From positions 416,001 through 480,000 of the forward strand of contig CBDCUI010000008.1 in NCBI GenBank assembly GCA_965222615.1: a stretch of DNA of 64,000 nt, in the 5' to 3' direction. Position numbers and translations under genes: made by a program. Below, piece after piece: positions 20,349 through 29,479 of the stretch (the first letter of the stretch is position 1; each line of letters begins with the position of its first letter). The DNA comes from Gammaproteobacteria bacterium. Lineage in GTDB: Bacteria > Pseudomonadota > Gammaproteobacteria > UBA4575. The notes beneath the pieces are model-generated. The model made no database searches. It was not told the DNA's origin and saw only the letters and a program-made list of their open reading frames with translations.

Positions 20349-20948
20349 GTGAATTTTGTGAGTTGGGTAAACAGTTCATTGCATATCAATAAACTTTTAT
20401 TTGCGTGGTTAATTTTTCTGTATGGTACATGCCTTTGTGCCGACTTCAGTGGTACGACTCAGTTCAAAGCCTATACAACTGAGTCTCTGAAACCTGGGTA
20501 CAAACTGTACACCGATAAGCAAGATCGATTCAGTGCAGCGCAACCGCTTGGATGGGATGTTAATTTTCCAAGTCCTCCCTCGGATGGAGTGATTTTCTCC
20601 ATACAACCCTCTACTGATAGCAATGAAAATGTTGCGGTAAACGTTTTGGTTACACCTCCAGCAACAAATATTATCGAAGTTGCAGAAGCGACTGAAAACT
20701 ACTTGATTAATCAATCTGGTGTTGAAAAATTTGAACTGAAAAATGATCAAGATATTTCGCTATCAGGAGCAATAGGTGTTGAGCGAAGCGTTACCTTTGA
20801 ATTAAATGGTATACCGCTCTATGTGCGTACTTTGTATTTGCAACATTCTGCATACACGTTTGCACTAAGTTTTACTACTGGGGCAGATAATGTTGATAAT
20901 ATGAATTCTACTTTTGAACACATAATTCGGAATTTCACAATCATGTAA
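20349..20948 (+). CDS. exported PsbP/DcrB (DUF1795)-like protein
   Basis: N-terminal hydrophobic segment; Y..FS..P.GW start and F..II.NF end typical of the PsbP-like fold; start uncertain. Confidence 0.6.
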   Translation: MNFVSWVNSSLHINKLLFAWLIFLYGTCLCADFSGTTQFKAYTTESLKPGYKLYTDKQDRFSAAQPLGWDVNFPSPPSDGVIFSIQPSTDSNENVAVNVLVTPPATNIIEVAEATENYLINQSGVEKFELKNDQDISLSGAIGVERSVTFELNGIPLYVRTLYLQHSAYTFALSFTTGADNVDNMNSTFEHIIRNFTIM

Positions 20949-20956
20949 TTTAGTTT

Positions 20957-21169
20957 ATGAATACTGGTTATATTATTGGTCGCATAGTTGGTTTATTTAT
21001 TTTTCCTTTAATAGTTATGGGAATAATAGGTTTATTTCAATATGTGCGAACTAAAGATAAACAGCTTGCTAAGCGAACCATGTTTTCATGGTGGTCAATA
21101 GGATTGGGTATTGTGTTGCTAGTACTTGGGGTAATTGGCCAGATGGCAAATAATGTTGGGGAATTGTAG
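20957..21169 (+). CDS. small 2-TM membrane protein
   Basis: Two hydrophobic helices; 8 bp after the upstream gene. Confidence 0.7.
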   Translation: MNTGYIIGRIVGLFIFPLIVMGIIGLFQYVRTKDKQLAKRTMFSWWSIGLGIVLLVLGVIGQMANNVGEL

Positions 21170-21213
21170 AAAGCATTTTGAAAAATTTATTTTATTAAGA
21201 TTATACGAAGATT

Positions 21214-21702
21214 ATGAAGGTTGATTTTCTAGAATCGCAATCAAACGTTGGTTATCTGAATATGCCTATTCCTATGGAACGAGATAATCAAATTGCAGAA
21301 GTAGTTGGAGCAATAGATTCAGTTGAAGATTTTGCGCGAGTTAATTCGACGATTGAGAATCAACACGACAAGGTTTTGCGTGTATTCGCTGAAAGAATGG
21401 CGATGCGAGCAGTGCGGGAAAACAACCCATCCTATATTAAGCTAGGTTTTCTCGCAGTTGTACTTAGTTGTAACTCTTATGAAGAACGTGAAGCACAACT
21501 GATCCTACCATTGCTTTCTAGAGCAGCAGAGTTAATAGATCTCAATCCCGATTCAATTACTGAGGAGGTCATTAGTTTAGTAGACGGAGAGGCTCAGCAG
21601 TTTTTGCAGTCTTTTTTATCACGTAAGGACAAGTCTATTGAGTCAATGGGGTACTGTGAAAAAATGGATGATGATGGGTTCAAGTTTGTACGGCAGTGGT
21701 GA
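21214..21702 (+). CDS. putative toxin immunity protein
   Basis: Acidic, helical 162-aa protein directly upstream of the toxin. FAERMAMRAVRE and SIESMGY...GFKF resemble genes I recall next to Rhs-type toxins (unverified). Confidence 0.55.
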   Translation: MKVDFLESQSNVGYLNMPIPMERDNQIAEVVGAIDSVEDFARVNSTIENQHDKVLRVFAERMAMRAVRENNPSYIKLGFLAVVLSCNSYEEREAQLILPLLSRAAELIDLNPDSITEEVISLVDGEAQQFLQSFLSRKDKSIESMGYCEKMDDDGFKFVRQW

Positions 21703-21724
21703 TCAATCAATAGTCAACAAAAAA

Positions 21725-23353
21725 ATGATTTTAGTTAAAAGCAAACATCGAAACCTAGGCACCGTCAGCGTTGAGTATTCATTGGTGATGGCGATTACAC
21801 TTACAATCGTAATTGCTGCAGCTCAAGCGATGAATCCAAATATGGAGAGTTTCTTTGAGGCCGCTGCGACTAAAATAGAAAACTTTCTTGGTGGTGGTAG
21901 TAGCAATGTTAATTCTACTCCAGATTTAGATACAGAAACCTATGACTATGAAGTTAAAGCCGCCGATGCCAGGGCGCTAGAGCAACAAAGATTAGAAGCG
22001 GCTCAAGGTGGACAAGACACTGGTGGGGGTGGTGGATTCTGGAGTAAAGCTTGGGGGGCTACCAAACAAGTTGGTGGTTTTTTCAAAGGTGTTGGTGAAC
22101 AAGGTTGGGATACCGTAGTAGGTCTTGGAACACTTGCCTACGATGTACAGAGATTAACAGGGCCTACAGCACTTATATACGAAGTTTTCGATCCGGAAGG
22201 CCAGGCTGCTCTTAGGAATAAATACGCTCAGGTAGGGCAGGCAATTTGGAATAATCCTGGAGATGTAGCCTATGCCATTGTCGAACCTATTGTTACCGAC
22301 TGGAAAAATGGTAACTATGGTGAAGCCATCGGCCGTGGTACTTTTGAAGTGGCTACTGCCATATTTACGCCTACCAAACTCGGCAAAGCCGGAAAGATCG
22401 GTGATGCGGTCGAAGACATTGCCGGTGCCGCCAATGCCGTAGATAACGTTGTTACCAAGGCGGATGACATCAGTGATGCGGGACAGGTTGCGGGTAAAGT
22501 TGACGATGTAGGTAGGCTGAATGTCGATGATCTTTTAGGTAATCCAGATGACATTGTAGTGCTTGGTCGCCAGCCAGATACTGCAGTGGCTAAAGACTGG
22601 CCTGGTCATGTAATTTTAGATGTTCCGGCAGATCAATGGTCTATCGCACTAAATGATGCGTTTATCGAAGCTGCCATTAAACAACGTCGACGTATATACA
22701 TTGGAAGTCCAACTACTCGCCCAAATCTATACGATGATGTTGCTGAACGTCCTACAGTATTTGGTCGCGAGATGGAGCAATTACGCAACGCGGGTTATCG
22801 GCAAGTTGGCGATTATATGGAACCTCCAGATACTGGGGGTGTTGCATCTAGAATTGATAATTCTTTAACGGATGAAGCTTTACCTACTGATCCGCCCTAT
22901 AACCCACGAGAAACAAGAGACGCATTAGAAGAGCGATATGGTGCTGAAAATGTAGAATCTACTACTGTTCCAAATGCTAACGCCAAGAATGTAGAGCTTG
23001 CTGGTCAAAGACATCCTGAAACGGGGATTGTGTTTGATCAACGTGGTTTTCCAATATTTGATGATGTAGCAAAGTACGATACTCGTCTGTCAGCTGATGA
23101 GTTTTCTTCTGCAAGTTATAGAGGTCAAATGCGTATGGCTACTCGCGAGCTTCGTGATGCGATTGATAATGGACAAATTCCTGCTTCTCAGTTTACTAAT
23201 GTGCAGTTGAGAGCAATTCGAGCAGGGAAAGATAAAATTCCAGGCTATACTTGGCACCATCACCAAGATATTGGAAGAATGCAACTAGTGCCTGAAGATA
23301 TTCATCGTAGAACTGGTCATATAGGTGGAGAAAGGATGGCTCAAGGAAACTAA
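21725..23353 (+). CDS. polymorphic toxin with N-terminal Flp/Tad prepilin-like segment and C-terminal WHH (HNH/EndoVII) nuclease
   Basis: KHRNLG|TVSVEY plus hydrophobic helix; Gly/Ala-rich pre-toxin region; FDQRGFPIFD and GYTWHHHQD...MQLV...H...GH.GG; ATG 21725 follows the upstream stop. Confidence 0.85.
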   Translation: MILVKSKHRNLGTVSVEYSLVMAITLTIVIAAAQAMNPNMESFFEAAATKIENFLGGGSSNVNSTPDLDTETYDYEVKAADARALEQQRLEAAQGGQDTGGGGGFWSKAWGATKQVGGFFKGVGEQGWDTVVGLGTLAYDVQRLTGPTALIYEVFDPEGQAALRNKYAQVGQAIWNNPGDVAYAIVEPIVTDWKNGNYGEAIGRGTFEVATAIFTPTKLGKAGKIGDAVEDIAGAANAVDNVVTKADDISDAGQVAGKVDDVGRLNVDDLLGNPDDIVVLGRQPDTAVAKDWPGHVILDVPADQWSIALNDAFIEAAIKQRRRIYIGSPTTRPNLYDDVAERPTVFGREMEQLRNAGYRQVGDYMEPPDTGGVASRIDNSLTDEALPTDPPYNPRETRDALEERYGAENVESTTVPNANAKNVELAGQRHPETGIVFDQRGFPIFDDVAKYDTRLSADEFSSASYRGQMRMATRELRDAIDNGQIPASQFTNVQLRAIRAGKDKIPGYTWHHHQDIGRMQLVPEDIHRRTGHIGGERMAQGN

Positions 23354-23354
23354 A

Positions 23355-23828
23355 TTGCGTGACGATATAATTTGGGATTCATATTACGGTGAAGGAGATA
23401 TTGGTCTAGTTCAAGACTTTGAAAAGAGTATCAATCAAGTATTACCTACCGAGTATAAAAAAATTGTTAGTAAATACAATGGTGCAGTTCCTGAGCCGGA
23501 TGCACTTAAGTTTTACAGTCGCCTTGTAAAAAAAGAAGTGGTTATTGGTGTTGGGGTATTTCTAGCTTACGGCAATATTGAGTCACCATCTGAAACCATG
23601 GAATGGAGCTACACGAATCGACCAGAAAACTTTCCTAAGAATTTTATTGCGTTTTCTCTTGTTGGAAATGGTGACATGATTTGTTTTGATTATAATGACG
23701 TGAGCCAAAATCAAGAACCGAAAATTGTGATATGGCATCATGAAGCAAGTCAACCTGAAGAGCTCTTTTCACCATTAGCGGATAATTTTTCTAAATTTCT
23801 GGATGTGATATTTTTTGAGGAGGATTAA
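23355..23828 (+). CDS. SMI1/KNR4 (SUKH) family immunity protein
   Basis: FEK...LPTEYK...YNG, GNGDMICFDY...PKIVIWHHE, LADNFSKFL; directly after the toxin (TTG 23355, alternative GTG 23325). Confidence 0.92.
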   Translation: MRDDIIWDSYYGEGDIGLVQDFEKSINQVLPTEYKKIVSKYNGAVPEPDALKFYSRLVKKEVVIGVGVFLAYGNIESPSETMEWSYTNRPENFPKNFIAFSLVGNGDMICFDYNDVSQNQEPKIVIWHHEASQPEELFSPLADNFSKFLDVIFFEED

Positions 23829-24107
23829 TCGGGAACTTCGTATCCAAAGGTAAAAAAACTTATGCGCTTTTTAAAGTGTTCAATGGGCTGACTACAGATG
23901 GAAATCTCGCATGTTATGCGGCTGCACCGTTAATCAATGAGGATTTCGATCTAAGCTATTATTTTGAATTGTAGTAGCTTGGTAGGTTATATGTGTTAAC
24001 TAATATGGTAGTACTAGTAGCCAGACGAGCATTAATGTCGAAAGACATCTGAGATAATAGGTTTAGTAAACGTAAATTGAGAGGGTAGGGTCTAAAGACC
24101 AGTCAAT

Positions 24108-24941
24108 TTATTCAAGTATTTTAAATTGAATAACAGATTTTTTGCCATCTCTTACGGGTTCCCCCATACACATCACACCATCAGAGATAAGAGTTTGTTC
24201 GTTTTTAGACACATGAATTTTTTGACCGTTATTAAATTTTATATATGTGCCATTGTAGCTTTCATCTTGAAGCAGGAATTTGCCTTCTTTACGTATAATT
24301 TTTGCATGTGCTCTAGAGACATATTTGCCTTGTACGATAATGTCACAGCTTGGGTCTCTGCCTACGTGGAAAACATCTTGTTCCTCAGATAGTACGTGTT
24401 TGTCACCTTTAAAGGATAGTTCAATGGTGGCTTTATTTTTTTTCTCCTTCTCCTTCTCCTTCTCCTTCTCCTTCTCTATTTCTAGAGGTGGTAAATTTTC
24501 TTTAGCTATAGGTTCAGCATCCAGTTGTTCAGGTTGTTTGGTTTCGATGGCATTTTTATTGGCATTCGTTTGTTTTTCCTTAGCATCAGAACTATCAGTA
24601 TCATCTGTTTGAGTAAGAATCTGAGATTCTAGGTCTTTTATAGAAGCATCGATTTGAGACGCTGGGCCTTTTTCTTCCTGAAGTGCTTCTTCCAGTTCTT
24701 GCACCTTGGATTCACTAATATCTAAAGAGGGTTGTACATCACTTAAAGTTGGCGGTATAGGGCGCTTTGAGGACTTAGAATTTTCCCCTGCAGCTTTTTC
24801 TTGTTCTGTATCAGTTTTTGCGATGCGACGATCTACAAGTCTGCGACGATTTTTTGTAACAAGGACCCCGTCACTATCAATAAAAGGATAGGTGACTTTT
24901 CTGCCCCACTTGCGTCGTTCACTATTTCTACGTTCAGCCAT
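24108..24941 (-). CDS. FHA domain protein with Arg-rich N-terminal module
   Basis: VGRDPSCDI, VSRAHA, DESYNGT FHA motifs; acidic linker with EK repeat. Confidence 0.88.
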   Translation of the reverse strand: MAERRNSERRKWGRKVTYPFIDSDGVLVTKNRRRLVDRRIAKTDTEQEKAAGENSKSSKRPIPPTLSDVQPSLDISESKVQELEEALQEEKGPASQIDASIKDLESQILTQTDDTDSSDAKEKQTNANKNAIETKQPEQLDAEPIAKENLPPLEIEKEKEKEKEKEKKNKATIELSFKGDKHVLSEEQDVFHVGRDPSCDIIVQGKYVSRAHAKIIRKEGKFLLQDESYNGTYIKFNNGQKIHVSKNEQTLISDGVMCMGEPVRDGKKSVIQFKILE

Positions 24942-25122
24942 GGTGCTTTAAAGTATATAGAAAAGCTTACAAAGTATGCGGAATCGGCTAACAGTTTAAA
25001 TACCTTAAATTACACATATAGCCAGATGGTAGAAATCTACCGATAATGCGATATGCAGATGGCTATATTTTGAGAATTAACCATTCTGGAGTTTAGCAGT
25101 TTGAAGAATCTGGCGAATAGAG

Positions 25123-25623
25123 CTAAGGACAGAAATAGTGGATAAAATCTTTCTCTACGTACTCGATTGGGGTGCCTAGGCTTACAATGCCACTACCATG
25201 TAAGGTTAATTTTTCACCCATTAAAAATATTTCACCTTCGTCGTTTTTTATATAAGTACCGTTTGTACTGTGATCGGTAACCGTAAATTCTTCATTATCG
25301 TATTCAAATCTTGCATGTTGGCGAGATGTATAGCGGTTTTGAAAGACTAGCTCACAATTTGAAGCTCGACCAACGATTACAGAAGGGGAATCAATTAATA
25401 ACTCACACACGTCATCTTTGTACCAAAGAAATAAGCGCGATTTTGTTGTATCACTTTTCTCGCCACTATGAATTTCTATATTATTAATCCTGCGATCAGG
25501 TATTCGACGCCTATCTTCTCTGACTAAGGTTTGCTCACTATCAAAAAAAGGAAAAGCTGGGCTGTGCATCTGTGCACGGCGATCGCCATGTGTCCTACGT
25601 TCGATTCTTACTTGTGAGCTCAT
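25123..25623 (-). CDS. FHA domain protein with Arg-rich N-terminal module
   Basis: VGRASNCEL, TSRQHA, DHSTNGT FHA motifs. Confidence 0.88.
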   Translation of the reverse strand: MSSQVRIERRTHGDRRAQMHSPAFPFFDSEQTLVREDRRRIPDRRINNIEIHSGEKSDTTKSRLFLWYKDDVCELLIDSPSVIVGRASNCELVFQNRYTSRQHARFEYDNEEFTVTDHSTNGTYIKNDEGEIFLMGEKLTLHGSGIVSLGTPIEYVEKDFIHYFCP

Positions 25624-26170
25624 ATTTGGTCCGCAATCGTGAACTGAATTTTATTGTTGGTATAGATAAATTATACAGACACACCACACTTCGTAAAGTA
25701 TACGAAGAGACGATTATTTGGTTGAATTATAGTTATGTGATGATCAACAGTGACTGGGTAAGCTGGGGTGCCCAAATTTTGAACATTGCATACCCGTATG
25801 TAGTTAGACCTAGAAGTAGCCAAATGGCTAGTAACACTACAGGGGAAATGCGTTGTTCTACAAAACTCGGGATACCTACGCTCTCAACAAGCTGTGTCAT
25901 CGATCTTCCTCTAAAGCTGTATATTGTAAAAATATGTTAAGAATTTTAACACGTTAAACATTAACTTGGTATTAAAGAAAAGTGCATTTTCTGTTCATTG
26001 CTATGCTTTTAGAATAAGGTAAATATTAATAAAGTATGTGATTATGACGTTTGATCTTGCTAATGCGCTGAAAGAAATTCCAGTTCAAACTACAGAAACT
26101 AGATATAAATGTTATTATAACCCAAAGATATTATTAAATAATTTATACAATATTAGTTCCAGCTACAGCA

Positions 26171-27460
26171 ATGAAATGGATTAAAGATAATAAGGGAATA
26201 TTCGACTCTAAGCTTGCTGCAGCAACCTCTATCGATCCAACACAAATTAGCCTGGGCGCAATGCAAGTAATTTCTGTACTTCATAAAGCTGGGTTTCAAG
26301 CCTATCTAGTAGGCGGGAGTGTTAGAGATTTATTGCTAGATTTGCACCCAAAAGACTTTGATATTGCCACTGATGCTCATCCCGAAGATGTGCGTGGACT
26401 ATTTGAAAATAGTCGTATAATCGGTCGGCGTTTTCGTATCGTGCATGTTTATTTTCCTGAAGGCTATATTGAAGTTGCAACGTTTCGTGCATCAGATCGA
26501 GCAGATGTAAATCAATCGGGTCGTATTATCACTGACAACACCTATGGAAGTATCGAAGAAGATGCATTTCGACGGGATTTTACAGTGAATGCCTTATTCT
26601 ATGACTCCGATTCTAATCAAGTGCTGGACTTGGTTAATGGTAGGCAGGATATAGCAGCAAAGTTACTGCGTGTCATCGGTGATCCTGATTTACGTTTTCG
26701 TGAAGATCCTGTGCGAATGTTACGTGCAATAAGATTAGCTAATAAACTCGGTTTCAATATTGAGCAGCAAGCACAGGATGCGATATATCGTTTGGGTCAT
26801 CTGCTATCTGAAGTACCTTCAGCTCGTTTGTTTGATGAAATGCTTAAGTTATTTCATGGTGGTTTTGCAGTGCAGACATTTAATTCATTGCGTAAATTTA
26901 CGTTATTTCAATATATGTTCCCATTTACTGAAAAGATACTAAATGATAGTTCATCGGACACTTTCTCAAAACTTGTACAGTGCGCACTCCAAAATACTGA
27001 TGATCGTATTCATTCAGGAAAGTCTGTAACCCCTGCATTTTTATATGCTATTTTTTTATGGGGTCCAATGCGTAAGCTATCAAGACAATTAGAGTTAGAA
27101 GGTTTATCGCCTAAGGTTGCGCATGAAGCAGCAACAGAGGATACGATACTTTCGCAATTACAATATACTTCGATTCCCAAACGATTTGGATATCCGATGC
27201 GCGACATATGGAATCTTCAATATCGGTTTTATCGTAGACGAGGTAGACAGGTTTTTCGTCTATGCGAGCATCCACGTTTTCGTGCCGGGTACGACTTCTT
27301 ATGTCTGCGTGCTGCAGCAGGTGAACCAGTAGATGAATTATGTGAATGGTGGACAGTCTTTCAAGATGTAGATCAAGATACGCAAAGAAAAATGTCAAAA
27401 ACCGCAAAGAATAAAAACAGCAGAATGCAACATCGACCTAACAAGAAAACTTATCACTAG
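26171..27460 (+). CDS. pcnB: poly(A) polymerase I
   Basis: VGGSVRD, PKDFDIAT, IIGRRFRIVHV, RRDFTVNAL, EDPVRMLRA. Confidence 0.96.
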   Translation: MKWIKDNKGIFDSKLAAATSIDPTQISLGAMQVISVLHKAGFQAYLVGGSVRDLLLDLHPKDFDIATDAHPEDVRGLFENSRIIGRRFRIVHVYFPEGYIEVATFRASDRADVNQSGRIITDNTYGSIEEDAFRRDFTVNALFYDSDSNQVLDLVNGRQDIAAKLLRVIGDPDLRFREDPVRMLRAIRLANKLGFNIEQQAQDAIYRLGHLLSEVPSARLFDEMLKLFHGGFAVQTFNSLRKFTLFQYMFPFTEKILNDSSSDTFSKLVQCALQNTDDRIHSGKSVTPAFLYAIFLWGPMRKLSRQLELEGLSPKVAHEAATEDTILSQLQYTSIPKRFGYPMRDIWNLQYRFYRRRGRQVFRLCEHPRFRAGYDFLCLRAAAGEPVDELCEWWTVFQDVDQDTQRKMSKTAKNKNSRMQHRPNKKTYH

Positions 27461-27491
27461 GTTATTGGTCAAATAATTGAATTAATAATAC

Positions 27492-27983
27492 ATGCAGGAG
27501 GTAGTTGCATATATTGGTTTTGGCAGCAACTTGCAAAATCCTAAATTGCAAATAGAGAAAGCCTTTGTTGAATTGCAAGAGTTAGATAGCACAAGGCTCT
27601 TAGTAACGTCTAGTCTGTACAAAACTAAACCAATGGGACCAACAGATCAGCCTGATTTTATTAATGCTGTAGCAAAAATTTTAACTTCATTGTCTCCAAA
27701 AGAATTATTAACAGAACTGCAAGAAATTGAGGCGCGGCACCGTCGCCAACGAGGCACTCAACGCTGGGGACCCAGAACCTTAGATTTGGATATTCTGCTC
27801 TATGGAAATCTACAAATGGATACTAAACAGCTGCGAATACCTCATTATGGTATTGCAGAACGTGAATTTGTATTAATCCCTTTACAAGAGATAGAAGCTG
27901 ACCTCATTATTCCAGGTAAAGGGATATTGAGCGAGCTGATTGAACAATTACCTCAGTATGAGATGATGAAAATTGAAACATAA
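27492..27983 (+). CDS. folK: 2-amino-4-hydroxy-6-hydroxymethyldihydropteridine diphosphokinase
   Basis: IGFGSN, QPDFINAV, WGPRTLDLDIL. Confidence 0.97.
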   Translation: MQEVVAYIGFGSNLQNPKLQIEKAFVELQELDSTRLLVTSSLYKTKPMGPTDQPDFINAVAKILTSLSPKELLTELQEIEARHRRQRGTQRWGPRTLDLDILLYGNLQMDTKQLRIPHYGIAEREFVLIPLQEIEADLIIPGKGILSELIEQLPQYEMMKIET

Positions 27984-28634
27984 ATGTCGAGTCATAAGCT
28001 TAAATATATAGTGGTAGAAGGTCCAATTGGGGTAGGAAAAACTAGCCTTGCTCAACGTCTTGCAGATGAATTTGGTTCTTCATTGTTGTTGGAGCAAGTA
28101 GAAGAGAACCCCTTTCTTGAACGTTTTTACCAAAATCCACGAGAAGCCGCACTATCAACACAGTTATATTTTTTGTTGCGACGTACAAAACAACTGCAAG
28201 AATTTAAACAAGCCGATATATTTTCACCTGTAAAGGTTGCTGATTTTTTGATTGAAAAAGATCGTTTATTTGCGCAAGTTACGTTAAATGCAAGTGAATA
28301 TGAGTTATATGATCAAGTTTATTCACATCTAACGATCGATGCGCCTATACCTGATCTGGTGGTTTATTTGCAAGCACCTGTAGAAGTATTATTACAGCGC
28401 ATTCGCAAACGAGGTCGTGGATTTGAGCGCTTAATTGAATCGGCTTATTTGGAACAACTTAATGAAGCCTATGCAAGATTTTTTTATGATTATTCAGATG
28501 CACCGTGCTTGATTGTAAATGCGAGTGATATTGATTTTATTAATAACGAAAAAGATTACGAGCAGCTATTGCATGAAATTGTAAATACTGAAGCAGGGAA
28601 GCGTTACTTTAATCCACTGCCATTCGTAAGTTAA
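27984..28634 (+). CDS. deoxynucleoside kinase
   Basis: VVEGPIGVGKTSL, ENPFLERFY, PDLVVYLQA. Confidence 0.93.
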   Translation: MSSHKLKYIVVEGPIGVGKTSLAQRLADEFGSSLLLEQVEENPFLERFYQNPREAALSTQLYFLLRRTKQLQEFKQADIFSPVKVADFLIEKDRLFAQVTLNASEYELYDQVYSHLTIDAPIPDLVVYLQAPVEVLLQRIRKRGRGFERLIESAYLEQLNEAYARFFYDYSDAPCLIVNASDIDFINNEKDYEQLLHEIVNTEAGKRYFNPLPFVS

Positions 28635-28656
28635 CGCACCTAATTAAAGCATTTTT

Positions 28657-29454
28657 ATGAGTATTCAAGCACACCGCAAAAATATTACGCTTTCGCGTTT
28701 ACATGCAATGAAAACTAATAATGAAAAAATTGCATGTCTTACTGCATATGATTCAAGTTTTGCGGCGTTATTAGACCAAGCAGGTGTTGAAGTAATATTG
28801 GTTGGTGATTCTTTGGGCATGGTGGTGCAAGGCCAAGACAGCACTGTATCCGTGACAATGGAAGATATGATCTACCATAGCCAATGTGTAAGCTCTACAG
28901 TTAAACAAGCCTTTATCATGACCGATATGCCATTTATGTCATACACCAACATAGATCAAGCACTGAATAATGCCACCGATTTGATTCAGTTGGGGGGTGC
29001 GCAGATGGTTAAGTTAGAAGCCTCAACACGCCAGGTCAGTATTGTTCAGGAGTTAAGCGAATGTGGCATACCTATTTGCGCACATTTAGGTTTACGGCCT
29101 CAATATATACATAAATTGGGTGGCTATTCCATGCAGGGCAATGATGAGGCAAGTGCCAAAGAGTTGTTTGATAGTGCAGAAAATTTACAAGCAGCCGGTG
29201 CCGATATGCTGTTACTTGAGTGTGTGCCGAATGATTTGGCAAAAAAGATTACTCAAAATTGTTCAATACCGGTGATAGGGATTGGTGCGGGAGCAGATTG
29301 TGATGGGCAGATTTTGGTGTTACATGATGTGTTAGGAATTACTCAAGGGGTGAAACCAAAATTTGCCAAGGATTTTCTAGCCGATGCAAAAGATATTTCT
29401 TCAGCCATTACGTCTTATGTGCAAGATGTAAAAAATCAGCGCTTTCCCAATTAG
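28657..29454 (+). CDS. panB: 3-methyl-2-oxobutanoate hydroxymethyltransferase
   Basis: LTAYD, LVGDSLGM, VKLE, IGIGAG. Confidence 0.97.
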   Translation: MSIQAHRKNITLSRLHAMKTNNEKIACLTAYDSSFAALLDQAGVEVILVGDSLGMVVQGQDSTVSVTMEDMIYHSQCVSSTVKQAFIMTDMPFMSYTNIDQALNNATDLIQLGGAQMVKLEASTRQVSIVQELSECGIPICAHLGLRPQYIHKLGGYSMQGNDEASAKELFDSAENLQAAGADMLLLECVPNDLAKKITQNCSIPVIGIGAGADCDGQILVLHDVLGITQGVKPKFAKDFLADAKDISSAITSYVQDVKNQRFPN

Positions 29455-29479
29455 AGTTAAAATTATATAAATTATTTAT

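Noticed and set aside
20078-24107. Cassette palindromes, att sites or an integrase flanking the toxin locus
   Set aside because: Only a weak partial match near 24087-24106; no convincing boundary repeats or mobility genes were seen.
25572-25940. 122-aa plus-strand ORF
   Set aside because: It overlaps the FHA gene start and has no recognisable motif or RBS; probably spurious.
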